Origin: Nitrospinota bacterium
GTDB lineage: Bacteria > Nitrospinota_A > JADGAW01
Length of the DNA stretch: 59,515 nt
Reading direction: 5' to 3'
NCBI GenBank assembly: GCA_015231815.1
Contig: JADGAW010000001.1
Span: forward strand, 1 to 59,515
A program made the translations under genes and the position numbers. Shown here piece by piece: positions 25,732 through 35,699 of this stretch. How positions within the stretch are numbered: position 1 is the first letter of the stretch; each line of letters opens with the position of its first letter. The notes beneath the pieces are model-generated. The model saw only the letters and a list, made by a program, of their open reading frames with translations, did no database searches and was not told where the DNA came from.

Positions 25732-26046
25732 ATGCAGAAAGAATCTCAATTCTCTATTGGACAGTTGGTAAAGCACAAGCTTTTTAATTACCGTGGAGTA
25801 ATTGTTGATGTTGACCCTGAATTTATGCTCACGGATGAATGGTACGAAATGATGGCAAAAAGCAGGCCTCCGAAAGATGAACCTTGGTACAAGGTTCTGG
25901 TGCATAATGCCATACACGAAACCTATGTGGCTCAAAGAAACCTTGAAAAGGATGATAGTAAGCAGGAAATTAATCATCAGGATATAAAGTCCTTTTTCAG
26001 CGGGTTTGTCAACGGAAAATATGTTCTTCTTCAAAAAGACAACTAG
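25732..26046 (+). CDS. hspQ: Heat-shock protein HspQ (YccV hemimethylated-DNA-binding domain)
   Basis: 'FSIGQLVKHKLFNYRGVIVDVDPEF...PWYKVLV' parallels E. coli HspQ '[25 protein letters not shown]...PWYHVVM'. Confidence 0.85.
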   Translation: MQKESQFSIGQLVKHKLFNYRGVIVDVDPEFMLTDEWYEMMAKSRPPKDEPWYKVLVHNAIHETYVAQRNLEKDDSKQEINHQDIKSFFSGFVNGKYVLLQKDN

Positions 26047-26126
26047 AAAATTAATCTAATATAAAATAGATTGGAATGTCAGAAAATCTTTGATAGGCTG
26101 TTGGTACCCAGAATCACAATGGCAGC

Positions 26127-26516
26127 TCAATCACTGATTTGCTCCAAGGTTGCTGGAAGGTGTTGGAAATGCTTTTCAACGGTCAGGAGCGTTGACCCTG
26201 AACGGCTCGCTAGCACAGCAATAATGGCATCGGTTAAAGGGACGGTAATTCCTTTGACACGAAGGTTTTGTAAGAGCTTGCCCGCCTCATCCCAGTCACT
26301 TTCTTTGGTCTCAAGCCGTCCAACGGTTTCAAAAATCAGTTGCAATTGTTTTTGCTCCTTTAGTCCTTTAGCTCCCTGCAAAAGCTCAGCGACTACTACT
26401 CCGCATACAACGGCTCGGCCTTGTTCGATTGATCGAGCGACAATGTCCCCAAGGACTCCAGTTCCAGAGCGGAGGAAATCTATCCAAGCGGAGGTGTCAA
26501 CCAGCACATGATTCAT
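26127..26516 (-). CDS. vapC: PIN-domain toxin VapC
   Basis: 'MNHVLVDTSAWIDFLR' (first acidic PIN residue), then later 'D' and 'TxD' motifs. Its ATG overlaps the antitoxin stop as ATGA (26513-26516). Confidence 0.85.
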   Translation of the reverse strand: MNHVLVDTSAWIDFLRSGTGVLGDIVARSIEQGRAVVCGVVVAELLQGAKGLKEQKQLQLIFETVGRLETKESDWDEAGKLLQNLRVKGITVPLTDAIIAVLASRSGSTLLTVEKHFQHLPATLEQISD

Positions 26517-26719
26517 TTGGAATTGATCTCCATTTTCCTTAAAGACTGCCAATTGTCCTCAATCTCGACCTTTCCCCGCAAGGCGAGAACTTTCTCCCTT
26601 TTCCTTTGGATAATATATTCTGAAAGGGCTTTTCTGACAGCTTCCGAGCGATTCTTTGTTTGGGTGAGCAAGGAAATTTCCTTAAGAGTTGATTCATCAA
26701 TTGTAAGGGTTGTTCTCAT
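26513..26719 (-). CDS. vapB: Type II antitoxin (VapB-type)
   Basis: 68 aa, 'MRTTLTIDESTLKEISLLTQTKNRSEAVRKALSEYI'. Translationally coupled to the PIN toxin. Confidence 0.75.
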   Translation of the reverse strand: MRTTLTIDESTLKEISLLTQTKNRSEAVRKALSEYIIQRKREKVLALRGKVEIEDNWQSLRKMEINSK

Positions 26720-26827
26720 CTTATCTTCCTTATTTTGTATGCAAATTTAAAAAATTATAGCATACTTTAAGGCTTGTTCATTTTATTGGAAAGGGCTGAG
26801 GATAATCTTTGTCCGGCTTTTTACTGA

Positions 26828-27415
26828 TTAAAGAACCCCTTTGGTGGAAAGCGTTGAATCGCCTCTTGTTTCCTCCTCCAAAGCAACATTTATTGCTTTG
26901 CCTACTCCTTTAAAAACAGTTTCAATAAGATGATGGGCATTTGAGCCATACTGATTGTTAATGTGAAGGGTAATATCAGCGTTGGCTACAAACGCATGGA
27001 AAAACTCGGAAACAAGCTCCACATCAAAGTCGCCAACTTTACCGTCAAGTTTTACATTGAAGACCAAAAAGGGTCTGCTGCATAAATCCACTGTTACAGA
27101 GGATAAAGCCTCACAAAGAGGAATGTTAGCTGTTCCAAAACGCTTAACTCCAGTTCTGTCACCTAAAGCCTGATTCAAGGCTTGTCCAAGGCAAATCCCC
27201 GTATCTTCAACTGTATGGTGAAAATCAACGTCAATATCACCTTTTGCCTGAACAGTTAAATCAATAAAACCATGCTTGCCAATCTGCTCAAGCATATGGT
27301 TGAAGAAAGGAATACCAGTCTCAATATTGGTTTTGCCACTTCCATTGAGGTCGATTTCAACCTTAATATCAGTTTCGTTTGTTCTTCTCTCTACTTTTGC
27401 TTTATTTTCTTTCAT
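26828..27415 (-). CDS. hisB: Imidazoleglycerol-phosphate dehydratase
   Basis: 'ERRTNETDIKVEIDLNGSG...GIPFFNHML...DFHHTVEDTGI...NAHHLIE'. Start chosen at Met8 (27415), which has a GAGGGA SD-like sequence upstream. The ORF extends to 27436. Confidence 0.92.
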   Translation of the reverse strand: MKENKAKVERRTNETDIKVEIDLNGSGKTNIETGIPFFNHMLEQIGKHGFIDLTVQAKGDIDVDFHHTVEDTGICLGQALNQALGDRTGVKRFGTANIPLCEALSSVTVDLCSRPFLVFNVKLDGKVGDFDVELVSEFFHAFVANADITLHINNQYGSNAHHLIETVFKGVGKAINVALEEETRGDSTLSTKGVL

Positions 27416-27490
27416 AATTCTTCCCTCTTTATTCACGCAAAGAAGCTGCTAAACAGTTGTCCGTCGAAAACCTTCGAAAGACTTTATGTA

Positions 27491-30043
27491 TTAATTCCAG
27501 GTTAAAACTTTAGGTATATGTTCACAAAGTCCAAATTTATTTTTTGGTCTTACCCTTACACCGTACCCCTGTTCTCCTGAAATTCCGCATTCAATACTAC
27601 CATGATAAATCGCTTTATCACCATTATGTTTTTCATAGGACATTTCCACTAATTTGCCCTCAGGTAATTCTCCATCCTGCTGAATATGCCCGTAGTAAAT
27701 TTCAACCGTTAAATCTTCAGGTGAAAATCCACCAATATTAAGTTCAGCTTTTATTTCAAATTTATCACCAACCCTGACTGTATCGGGGCTTTTCTCGGTA
27801 ACTGAATTAATAACAACCTCATGCCAGTGTTGCTCAATTTTTTCCTTAAAAGCAGAAGCTTCCTTGCTGATTTTATTATTTTCATTCTTAAATTCATTTG
27901 ATTTCTTAAACGCCGGGATATAAAATTTCTGAGTATAATCCCTCACCATTCTATTGGTGTTAAATTTCGGAGCTATTGTAGCAATGGTATTTTTCATCAT
28001 TTCCATCCAACCTCTGGGAAGTCCATCTCTGCCTCTCTCATAGAAGGTTGGAATAACATCGTTCTCAAGAATATCGTAGAGAGCTTTACTTTCCACTTCA
28101 TCCTGATATTCATGGTCTTCATATTCTTCACCATCACCAATAGCCCAGCCATTTTTTGAATTATACGCTTCATCCCACCATCCATCAAGAATAGAAAAGT
28201 TTAAAGCTCCATTAACTGCTGCTTTCATACCGGAAGTACCACTTGCCTCATGAGGTCTTCTAGGGTTGTTCAACCAAACATCAACGCCCTGAACAAGATA
28301 ACGAGCAACGTTCATGTCGTAATCCTCAATAAAAACTACTTTGTGCTTAAACTCTACCTCCCTCATATGGTGAACGATTTCCTTAATAAAGGTTTTACCG
28401 GCATCATCCTTAGGGTGGGCTTTCCCGGCAAAAATAAACTGAACCGGCATATCTTTATTATTAAGAATTTTTGCAAGTCGTTCAAGGTTGGAGAAAATAA
28501 GGTTACCGCGTTTGTACGTTGCAAACCTTCGTGCAAAACCAATAGTTAATGACTCTGGATCAAGAACCTCATCTGCATAGTCTAACTCCTGTTTTCCCGC
28601 TCCTTTTTTCAGAAGTTGTTTTCTTAACCTTCTTCGAGCAAAGTCAACGAGCCTTTCTCGTCTTCTTTCATGAGTTCTCCATAGCTCAGTATTGGGTATC
28701 GCCTCAACTCTTTCCCAATACTTTTTATCAACCGGTTTTCTTTTCCAGCTTGGACCAAGGTATCGATCAAAAATTCCCCGCAATTCATGAGAAATCCACG
28801 TGGTAATATGAATACCGTTGGTCACTGAATCAATAGGTATCTCATTAGTGGACAGCCCTTCCCAAACGTTGTGCCACATTTCCCTTGACACTCTACCATG
28901 GAGTTTACTTACACCGTTGGAGTAGAGAGAATGCTTTAAAGCAAAAACAGCCATGGAAAAGGGTTCATTATTATCTTCTCTATTAATTCTTCCCAAGCTG
29001 AGAAAATGTTCGTTGGAGACTCCAAGTTCATTCATATACCCCTGAAAATATGCTGCAATGAGTTCAGGACTGAAAATATCTATTCCGGCTGGAACTGGCG
29101 TATGTGTTGTAAAAACAGAGCTTGCCTGAATTAATGAAACAGCTTCATTAAAGTTTACACCCTCGTTTTGCATATAATCTTTTAACCTTTGCAGTATCAA
29201 GAACGCCGCATGACCTTCGTTCATATGGAAAACATTTATTTCTATTCCCAAAGCTTTTAGAGCTTTTACTCCGCCCATTCCAAGGAGAATTTCCTGCTTA
29301 ATTCTCATATGAATATCACCACCGTAGAGTCGGCTGGTAATTTCACGGTCTTCTTTGTTGTTTTTACTGATATTGGTATCAAGAAGAATTAAGGAGATTC
29401 TTCCGACTTCCACTTTCCAGATTTGAGCGTATATTTTATTGTTCGGTAAATCAACTTCAATAAGTATAGGCTTTCCTTTTGTATCTTTTTGAAGCGTTAC
29501 GGGAAGTTTTGAAAAATCGTTTTCCGGGTAAAATTCCTGTTGCCAGCCATCAATATTAAGATATTGCTGAAAGTAACCATGACTGTAAAGTAAGCCAACT
29601 CCAGTTAACGGAATTCCAATATCACTGGCAGATTTAAGATGATCGCCAGCAAGGATTCCAAGACCTCCTGAATAAATGGGTAAACTCTCGTCCAGTCCAA
29701 ATTCAAAAGAAAAATAGGCAACTTTCATTTCACTATCATCTGGATAGGTTGAGTCAAACCATGTCTCCAGAGAGTAATATTCCTCCTGCTCCTCTTGAAC
29801 CCTGTTTAACTGTGCAATAAAACTGTCATCGTTACTGAGTTCCTCCAGCCTTGCCTGAGGAACTGCTCCAACAAGCTCTTTGGGGTTGTGGTAAACCTCT
29901 TTCCACATTGTTGGATCAATTCTCCGTAAAAAATTAATTGCTTCAGGATTCCAACACCACAAAAGGTTTTCTGACAAAGCTTCCAGAGGCTTTAAATTCT
30001 CTGGTAAAGATGGAACAACATTAAATTTTCGATATTTTGGCAC
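27491..30043 (-). CDS. glgP: Alpha-glucan (glycogen/maltodextrin) phosphorylase, GT35 family
   Basis: 850 aa. 'IAYFSFEFGL...PIYSGGLGILAGDHLKSASD' is the N-terminal motif of the alpha-glucan phosphorylase subfamily, and 'EASGTSGMKAAVNGALN' is the PLP-Lys region. Confidence 0.92.
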   Translation of the reverse strand: MPKYRKFNVVPSLPENLKPLEALSENLLWCWNPEAINFLRRIDPTMWKEVYHNPKELVGAVPQARLEELSNDDSFIAQLNRVQEEQEEYYSLETWFDSTYPDDSEMKVAYFSFEFGLDESLPIYSGGLGILAGDHLKSASDIGIPLTGVGLLYSHGYFQQYLNIDGWQQEFYPENDFSKLPVTLQKDTKGKPILIEVDLPNNKIYAQIWKVEVGRISLILLDTNISKNNKEDREITSRLYGGDIHMRIKQEILLGMGGVKALKALGIEINVFHMNEGHAAFLILQRLKDYMQNEGVNFNEAVSLIQASSVFTTHTPVPAGIDIFSPELIAAYFQGYMNELGVSNEHFLSLGRINREDNNEPFSMAVFALKHSLYSNGVSKLHGRVSREMWHNVWEGLSTNEIPIDSVTNGIHITTWISHELRGIFDRYLGPSWKRKPVDKKYWERVEAIPNTELWRTHERRRERLVDFARRRLRKQLLKKGAGKQELDYADEVLDPESLTIGFARRFATYKRGNLIFSNLERLAKILNNKDMPVQFIFAGKAHPKDDAGKTFIKEIVHHMREVEFKHKVVFIEDYDMNVARYLVQGVDVWLNNPRRPHEASGTSGMKAAVNGALNFSILDGWWDEAYNSKNGWAIGDGEEYEDHEYQDEVESKALYDILENDVIPTFYERGRDGLPRGWMEMMKNTIATIAPKFNTNRMVRDYTQKFYIPAFKKSNEFKNENNKISKEASAFKEKIEQHWHEVVINSVTEKSPDTVRVGDKFEIKAELNIGGFSPEDLTVEIYYGHIQQDGELPEGKLVEMSYEKHNGDKAIYHGSIECGISGEQGYGVRVRPKNKFGLCEHIPKVLTWN

Positions 30044-30224
30044 GTAATAATCTCCTGATTAATTTTATAGTCTTTGAAAAGCTCACTATTATAAGGGAAA
30101 CTACAATCTCAGGGTATATTTAATGAAAAACAGAGAATATTCTTCTTAAATACAAAAAAATAGCTGCTTAACTGTTAACTTTGAATAAGAATGCTTAAAC
30201 TTCAATATTGCATTATGCTTAAAA

Positions 30225-32078
30225 CTATAAAATAAGCTCCCCGTTTTGAATAGCTACAAGCCTTTTTCTACGATACTCTTCTATTTTTTCTTCAATTACC
30301 CTCGTTTCCCACACTCTGTTGTTCTCTTTGTATATTCTTAATAACAAATTAAGTGCAAAAGCATTATATTCATCTAATACTAAAATACTCTTGAGGGTTT
30401 TTACTGATTCAGAAATCTTTCCAGCTTCATACAAAATAAGTCCATAAAGATATTTCGTTTCAGGAACGTTAGGAGTTAGTTTCAGGGCAAGTTTAATGGA
30501 TTCTTCTGCCTTTTTATACTCTTTGGCAAAAAGAGCCGCCCTCGCTGCTTCATAGTAATATTTAGATTTGTTAGAGGAAAGCTTTATTATTTTCTCAAAT
30601 ATTGCACCAGAGTCCTGATATCTATCTTCCGTCGTATATTGAACACCCAAAGCAAATAATATCTCAGCCTTGTAATTATGGTAAGCACGAACAAGAAATA
30701 TGAGACTCAGAATACAGGAGACTAAAAGAACAACTTTTTTTGCCTTTTGACTCAACCGGGGTAAAAGCAACGTTTTTTTGTTCTGTCCATCCTGTATTAA
30801 AAAAATAATCAAGCCTGCAAAAAGCCAAAAGAGTAAAGCTGGTGCTAATTGATAAAAGTTAAAAGAAAAAAGAGAACTCACAAGAAAAGCAAAGAGAGAA
30901 AGCAATAGACCAAAAAGCAACAGTGACCTTTCCTTATTTTCACACCGAATAAGGTAAGTAATACTTTTCTTAAAAAGAACAGCAATAAAATAAAGGAAAA
31001 TAAAAAGTGTTGGTAAGCCAGACTCAGCAGCTAACTGAAGGTAATCATTGTGAGCATACCAACGGATACGATTTTCCATCTCCTTTTCCTGCCACCTTTC
31101 ATAAAGAGGGTAGATAAGGGGGTAGTTTCCAATACCAACGCCAAAAACTGGATTATCAGCTATCATCTCAATGGTGGAAGACCACGTATATTGACGCAAA
31201 AGAATATTTTTACTTAACCTCCAGCTTTCACGACCATTCACCTCACCTACAGCACCCGCATTACAACCAATAAATAAGCTAATTACTGGCAGAGATTTAA
31301 TAACCTGAGGCTGCTTATAAACCAAAAAACAGAGCAATATCAATGAAAGTGAAAGAATACGTTTTGATGTTTTAACATCAATATATTTCTTTTTATGAAG
31401 AAACTGCAAATAAAAAATGAGCCCTAAAAACCCAGCGGCAATTAGTGCCAATAAATGCCCCCTCACATATGTTGATAAAAAACAGCCAAGATTAAGAAAG
31501 AAAAAAATCATAAATAAAACCTGCTCTTTTCCTCTACTTATAAAAATAAATACAAAAAGCAACGGGATAAATAGAAGTAAATATTGAGCAATTAAATCAA
31601 TGTGGCCTAAAGTTGAGGTCATAAGAACACTTTGCGGAAGGAAAAATGCTAAACATAAAAACTGAAGCAATCCCAATAATGAGATAAATGAAGAAGCAAT
31701 AAAAAGGGGAAATAGAAACCTTTTAATCTCTTCAAACGATAAAAAAATCCGCTGGGAGGCAATAAATATTACATATAGACATAATACAACACTAAATCCA
31801 TATATTGCAAATAGATAGCTTTCAGAAAAGAGGATTGAAACACCTATAAAACAAACTAAAATTACCGCTAAAATATTTAAACCCGGCTCAGAAACCATAA
31901 TGTCTTTTTTATTTGAGCCTGAAATTAATAGAAAAAGTATAAAGAGAATAAAGAGTATTTCATAAGAAAACTCCTTAATTGCAGGAAACTGCTCGAGTGT
32001 CCAAGAATCAAATAAAACTGGAGGAACAAGAAAAAGGAGAAGAAAGTTAAATTTATAAATATTTTTTAGCAACATCAC
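30225..32078 (-). CDS. O-antigen ligase (Wzy_C)-like polytopic membrane protein with C-terminal TPR repeats
   Basis: At least 10 hydrophobic segments, 'YAHNDYLQLAAESGLPTL' (Wzy_C motif) and C-terminal TPR-like repeats. Its start overlaps the miaA stop by 4 nt. Confidence 0.8.
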   Translation of the reverse strand: MMLLKNIYKFNFLLLFLVPPVLFDSWTLEQFPAIKEFSYEILFILFILFLLISGSNKKDIMVSEPGLNILAVILVCFIGVSILFSESYLFAIYGFSVVLCLYVIFIASQRIFLSFEEIKRFLFPLFIASSFISLLGLLQFLCLAFFLPQSVLMTSTLGHIDLIAQYLLLFIPLLFVFIFISRGKEQVLFMIFFFLNLGCFLSTYVRGHLLALIAAGFLGLIFYLQFLHKKKYIDVKTSKRILSLSLILLCFLVYKQPQVIKSLPVISLFIGCNAGAVGEVNGRESWRLSKNILLRQYTWSSTIEMIADNPVFGVGIGNYPLIYPLYERWQEKEMENRIRWYAHNDYLQLAAESGLPTLFIFLYFIAVLFKKSITYLIRCENKERSLLLFGLLLSLFAFLVSSLFSFNFYQLAPALLFWLFAGLIIFLIQDGQNKKTLLLPRLSQKAKKVVLLVSCILSLIFLVRAYHNYKAEILFALGVQYTTEDRYQDSGAIFEKIIKLSSNKSKYYYEAARAALFAKEYKKAEESIKLALKLTPNVPETKYLYGLILYEAGKISESVKTLKSILVLDEYNAFALNLLLRIYKENNRVWETRVIEEKIEEYRRKRLVAIQNGELIL

Positions 32079-32995
32079 TGAATTAAACCAAGAATGTGTT
32101 CAACAGGGTTCTTAATTTCGTCAATGTCAATATATACCGCATCAGAACGACGGCGATGCCAGGTTAATTGTCTTTTTGCAAGCCTTCTGCTATTTGTTTT
32201 TATTTTCTCAATAGCCTCATCAAGCGAAATTTCCCCAAAATAATGGGCAATAAGTTCATTATAGCCAATCGACTTTAAGGGTTTTAGCTCTCTGTTATAG
32301 CCTGATTTTATTAAGGACTTAACCTCGTCGATGAATCCAGCCTCCATCATTTTTTCCACACGCTGGTTTATTCTTTCATACAATTCCTTTCTTCCTTGAT
32401 GAAGTACAACGTATAACGTTTCATTATTGTTTCTACTGCTTTTTTGACCATGATAAAAAGAGAATCGGTTACCGGTAATCTCATAAACCTCCATGGCTCT
32501 AACTATTTTTTGTCGGTCTTTAAGAGTAATTCTTTCTGCATATACAGCATCAATTTTTTTAAGTTCTTCGTAGAGCTTCTCAACACCTTTTTCCTTTGCT
32601 AGTTGGTTATATTTCTCTCGCACATTTTTATTGGAAGGAATTGAGCAGGAATAATCATTGAGGAATGCATCGATAAAAAGTCCGGTTCCTCCACAAAGCA
32701 GAGTTATGTTACCTTTTCTCCTGTTTTTTTCTTCAAGCTTTTCTGAAATTTCAGCAAAAAACGATGCATTAAATTCTTCATCAGGTTCGACAATATCAAT
32801 GCAGTGATGGTGAACTTTTTTGAGCTCTTTTTCGGTTGGTTTAGAGGTGCCTATATTAAGCTTTTTATACACCTGAAGGGAATCAGAAGAAATTATATCT
32901 ATTTCAAGCCTGAGGGCAAGCCCTATTGCCACTTCAGTTTTTCCAACAGCAGTTGGTCCGGTAATAATAACCGTCTTAATATTTGTATTCACCAT
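32075..32995 (-). CDS. miaA: tRNA dimethylallyltransferase
   Basis: 'ITGPTAVGKTEVAI' P-loop, 'IISSDSLQVYKKLNIGTSKP', 'GGTGLF'. Confidence 0.93.
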   Translation of the reverse strand: MVNTNIKTVIITGPTAVGKTEVAIGLALRLEIDIISSDSLQVYKKLNIGTSKPTEKELKKVHHHCIDIVEPDEEFNASFFAEISEKLEEKNRRKGNITLLCGGTGLFIDAFLNDYSCSIPSNKNVREKYNQLAKEKGVEKLYEELKKIDAVYAERITLKDRQKIVRAMEVYEITGNRFSFYHGQKSSRNNNETLYVVLHQGRKELYERINQRVEKMMEAGFIDEVKSLIKSGYNRELKPLKSIGYNELIAHYFGEISLDEAIEKIKTNSRRLAKRQLTWHRRRSDAVYIDIDEIKNPVEHILGLIQ

Positions 32996-33050
32996 AAAGT
33001 ATTTCTCATGTACGTGAACAATAATGGGTTACGAGCAAGAAGTTAATCAA

Positions 33051-33094
33051 AACATCTCACCACCACCTTTTTCCACCCATCTACTTTTTAATAA
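33051..33094. repeat. G-free intergenic motif copy containing 'acccatctac'
   Basis: 'acccatctac' at 33075-33084 is identical to 20561-20570. The whole 44-nt spacer between miaA and the DUF2752 gene lacks G on the + strand. Confidence 0.65.
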
Positions 33095-33550
33095 CTAAAA
33101 AAGTGGTTGAATACTCTTCAAACCATGTGTTTGCAGGTATGCCTCATTCTCCCATAAATAGAGCCAGTTTAGTAGTCCAGCAAAACAGAAAAGAAAAATT
33201 GATCGTCGAAGAAACTTTTTTTCTATAAAAACCTTTATAATTGTTGGCTTATAAAAAGATGTCGCTGTAAAGAAAAACAATACTAACCAGATAATAGCAG
33301 CAAGCGGGTTAAAGAGAAATGCTTTTTTAATTTCAAGGTGCAGCAGTGATACTATTGCTCTGGTTGCTCCACACGTTGGCGATGGGTGACCAGTTAAGTA
33401 ACTGAAAAAGCATACCTTTACTTCTGGAATATAATGTACTGCATAAGGATATAAAAAGAGCAGTACTGAAAGGTAAAAAAATAAAAATTGCAACAGTTTT
33501 CTTTGGTCAATAGCCATAATTATTTTTCTGTTTCCAATAGCTTCGTACAT
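33095..33550 (-). CDS. DUF2752-family membrane protein
   Basis: 'CFFSYLTGHPSPTCGATRA' followed by hydrophobic helices. The start is probably the internal Met 'MAIDQRK' (33517). Confidence 0.6.
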   Translation of the reverse strand: MYEAIGNRKIIMAIDQRKLLQFLFFYLSVLLFLYPYAVHYIPEVKVCFFSYLTGHPSPTCGATRAIVSLLHLEIKKAFLFNPLAAIIWLVLFFFTATSFYKPTIIKVFIEKKFLRRSIFLFCFAGLLNWLYLWENEAYLQTHGLKSIQPLF

Positions 33551-33641
33551 CTGGTTTCAAACCACGCATAAAAGTGAAAGGGTAAATTATAAAAACCATT
33601 CACTAAAACGTTTAATTTTTGTATAACTATTTAGGTTCTCT

Positions 33642-34295
33642 ATGTTTTTTGTTACTGGCACCAATACTGAAATTGGAAAAACCTTTGCCTCAACTCTGCT
33701 TTTCCGCTATTTTCATCAACAGGGAAAACGTTGTGTCATCATGAAACCTATTGCTTCTTCTGAAAATAACCCTTCAGAGGATGCTGATACAATTTTTACC
33801 TGCCTTGCTTCTTCGGGCGTACCTCTTAACAACAAAGACAAGCAAGATATTGCACCCATTACCTACCCAAGGCCTTATGCTCCATATGCTCTTGAAGGTT
33901 CACAAATTACTGAGCTTAAAGACAAACTGCTTAGTTCTTTCAATAGACTTAAAAAAAAATTCTCCATAATTATAGTCGAAGGAATCGGGGGAGCTTTGGT
34001 TCCCATAGAAAAAGATTTTTTTACCCTAGATATTGCCAAACTTTTTAATATTCCCACAATCGTTGTTGCAGAAGACAAACTGGGAGCAATTAACCATACT
34101 CTTTTGACTTTTGAGGCAATACAATCAAGGGGGATAATAGTTTCAGGCTTTATAATGAACAGGTTTTTAGTTGAAAACGAAAAAAAAGTAAAAAATAATG
34201 TACAGGTTATTGAGGAAATTTCGGGAATTCCCTGTATTGGAAAGATAATTGATGGACAATTAAAAGAAATTATTCGGGAAAAATATGAGCTCTAA
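33642..34295 (+). CDS. bioD: Dethiobiotin synthetase
   Basis: 'FFVTGTNTEIGKTFAS' P-loop, 'VEGIGGALVP', 'KLGAINHTLLT'. No other bio genes are nearby. Confidence 0.88.
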   Translation: MFFVTGTNTEIGKTFASTLLFRYFHQQGKRCVIMKPIASSENNPSEDADTIFTCLASSGVPLNNKDKQDIAPITYPRPYAPYALEGSQITELKDKLLSSFNRLKKKFSIIIVEGIGGALVPIEKDFFTLDIAKLFNIPTIVVAEDKLGAINHTLLTFEAIQSRGIIVSGFIMNRFLVENEKKVKNNVQVIEEISGIPCIGKIIDGQLKEIIREKYEL

Positions 34296-35685
34296 CAGAT
34301 TAACCTTTGATGTTGTTGTTATTGGAGCAGGACCGGCTGGCTATACCACGGCAATAAGCTTGGCACAACAGGGGAAAAAAGTAGTATGCATTGATGAGAA
34401 TAATTGTGGCGGTGAATGTTTAAACCATGGATGCATACCATCAAAAGCCTTTCTTAATGCGGCAAAGGCATACTATTCTCTTGATGAAATGAAAGCCTTT
34501 GGTGTAAATGTCTCAAAAAAGGACTTTGATATGAAAGCTCTTCAGGATTGGAAAGGAAGAAGGGTTGTAAAAAAACTAACATCAGGCATTAACTTCCTTT
34601 TTAAAACAAAAAATGTTGAATATTTAAAGGGAAAAGCGTTTTTTATTGATAAAAACACCATTCGGGTAATGTCAGCAGAAAATGGCATGATTGATATTCA
34701 AACAAGCTATGCTGTTATTGCTGTTGGCTCAAAGTTTAAAACGGTTTCTGATTTGGAGCCAGATGGAAAAACCATATTTTCTCCAAAAGAAATATTGGAA
34801 ATCGATTTTATTCCTGAAACTGTTACTATCCTTGGTGGTGGTTATATTGGTTTTGAACTGGGTTTTTTCTATTTATACCTTGGAAAAAAAGTTACTGTCA
34901 TTGAATCAATGAAAACTATTTTAGGAGAACTTGATGAAGATCTCAGAATTCTGGTTCAAGATAGTTTTAAGAAACTAGGTGGAGAAATTCATACTTCAAG
35001 CACCTTTAAAGAGTTTAAGAATTCTCAAGTTACCTTTGCAGTTGGTGGAGAAGATAAACAGATAGACTCTCAAATTATTCTTGTTTCTGTTGGTAAAGAA
35101 TGGGACTTTAAGCCTTTGAGAATTCATAAATTAGACAATTTACGTTTAAATGAAAACGGAAGCATTGCAGTAAAAGAGACTTTAGAGACCAGCATTACGG
35201 GTGTTTATGCGGTGGGTGATTGCAATGGTGGCCCTTTACTTGCCCACAAGGCAATAATGGAAGGTACAGTTGCTGCTGAATCGATTGCAACCATTGGGAA
35301 TAAGCCTTCAAGGAAAAGGTTAATCCCCTATACCGTTTTTTCTGAACCTGAAATTGCTTATGTGGGAATGACAGAAAAACAGGCAATAAGTAAAGGAATA
35401 AACTATCACTTAGGCATTTTTCCCAATTCAGCACTTGGAATAAATAATATTATTGGCAATAAAATTGGCTTTACGAAAATAATCGTTAAAGAGAGTGATT
35501 CAACAATTATTGGTGCCAAGGTTGCAGGTAAAAATGCTTCCATTCTTATTGGGGAATTAACTTTAGCAATACAAAAAAAATTAAAAGCTGATGAGTTGGG
35601 AAAAATCATTCATGTACACCCCTCACAGGCAGAAGCTATTCAGGAATCGGCTTTATCGGCATTAAAACAATCAATTCATTATTAG
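34285..35685 (+). CDS. lpd: Dihydrolipoyl dehydrogenase-type pyridine nucleotide-disulfide oxidoreductase
   Basis: 'VVIGAGPAGY', redox-active 'GGECLNHGCIPSK', second Rossmann 'ILGGGYIGFE', C-terminal dimerisation 'HVHPSQAE'. Overlaps the bioD end by 11 nt. Confidence 0.85.
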   Translation: MSSNRLTFDVVVIGAGPAGYTTAISLAQQGKKVVCIDENNCGGECLNHGCIPSKAFLNAAKAYYSLDEMKAFGVNVSKKDFDMKALQDWKGRRVVKKLTSGINFLFKTKNVEYLKGKAFFIDKNTIRVMSAENGMIDIQTSYAVIAVGSKFKTVSDLEPDGKTIFSPKEILEIDFIPETVTILGGGYIGFELGFFYLYLGKKVTVIESMKTILGELDEDLRILVQDSFKKLGGEIHTSSTFKEFKNSQVTFAVGGEDKQIDSQIILVSVGKEWDFKPLRIHKLDNLRLNENGSIAVKETLETSITGVYAVGDCNGGPLLAHKAIMEGTVAAESIATIGNKPSRKRLIPYTVFSEPEIAYVGMTEKQAISKGINYHLGIFPNSALGINNIIGNKIGFTKIIVKESDSTIIGAKVAGKNASILIGELTLAIQKKLKADELGKIIHVHPSQAEAIQESALSALKQSIHY

Positions 35686-35699
35686 TAAAAGGAGTTTAC

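Noticed and set aside
33552-33565. Palindrome ggtttcaaacc as a BirA (bioO-like) operator for bioD
   Set aside because: It has only 5-bp arms, lies ~80 nt from the bioD start right next to the DUF2752 gene start, and does not resemble the long bipartite bioO operator.
35686-35699. B12 or SAM riboswitch upstream of metH; THF or preQ1 riboswitch upstream of folE (48618-48631)
   Set aside because: Both upstream gaps are only 14 nt, leaving no room for an aptamer.
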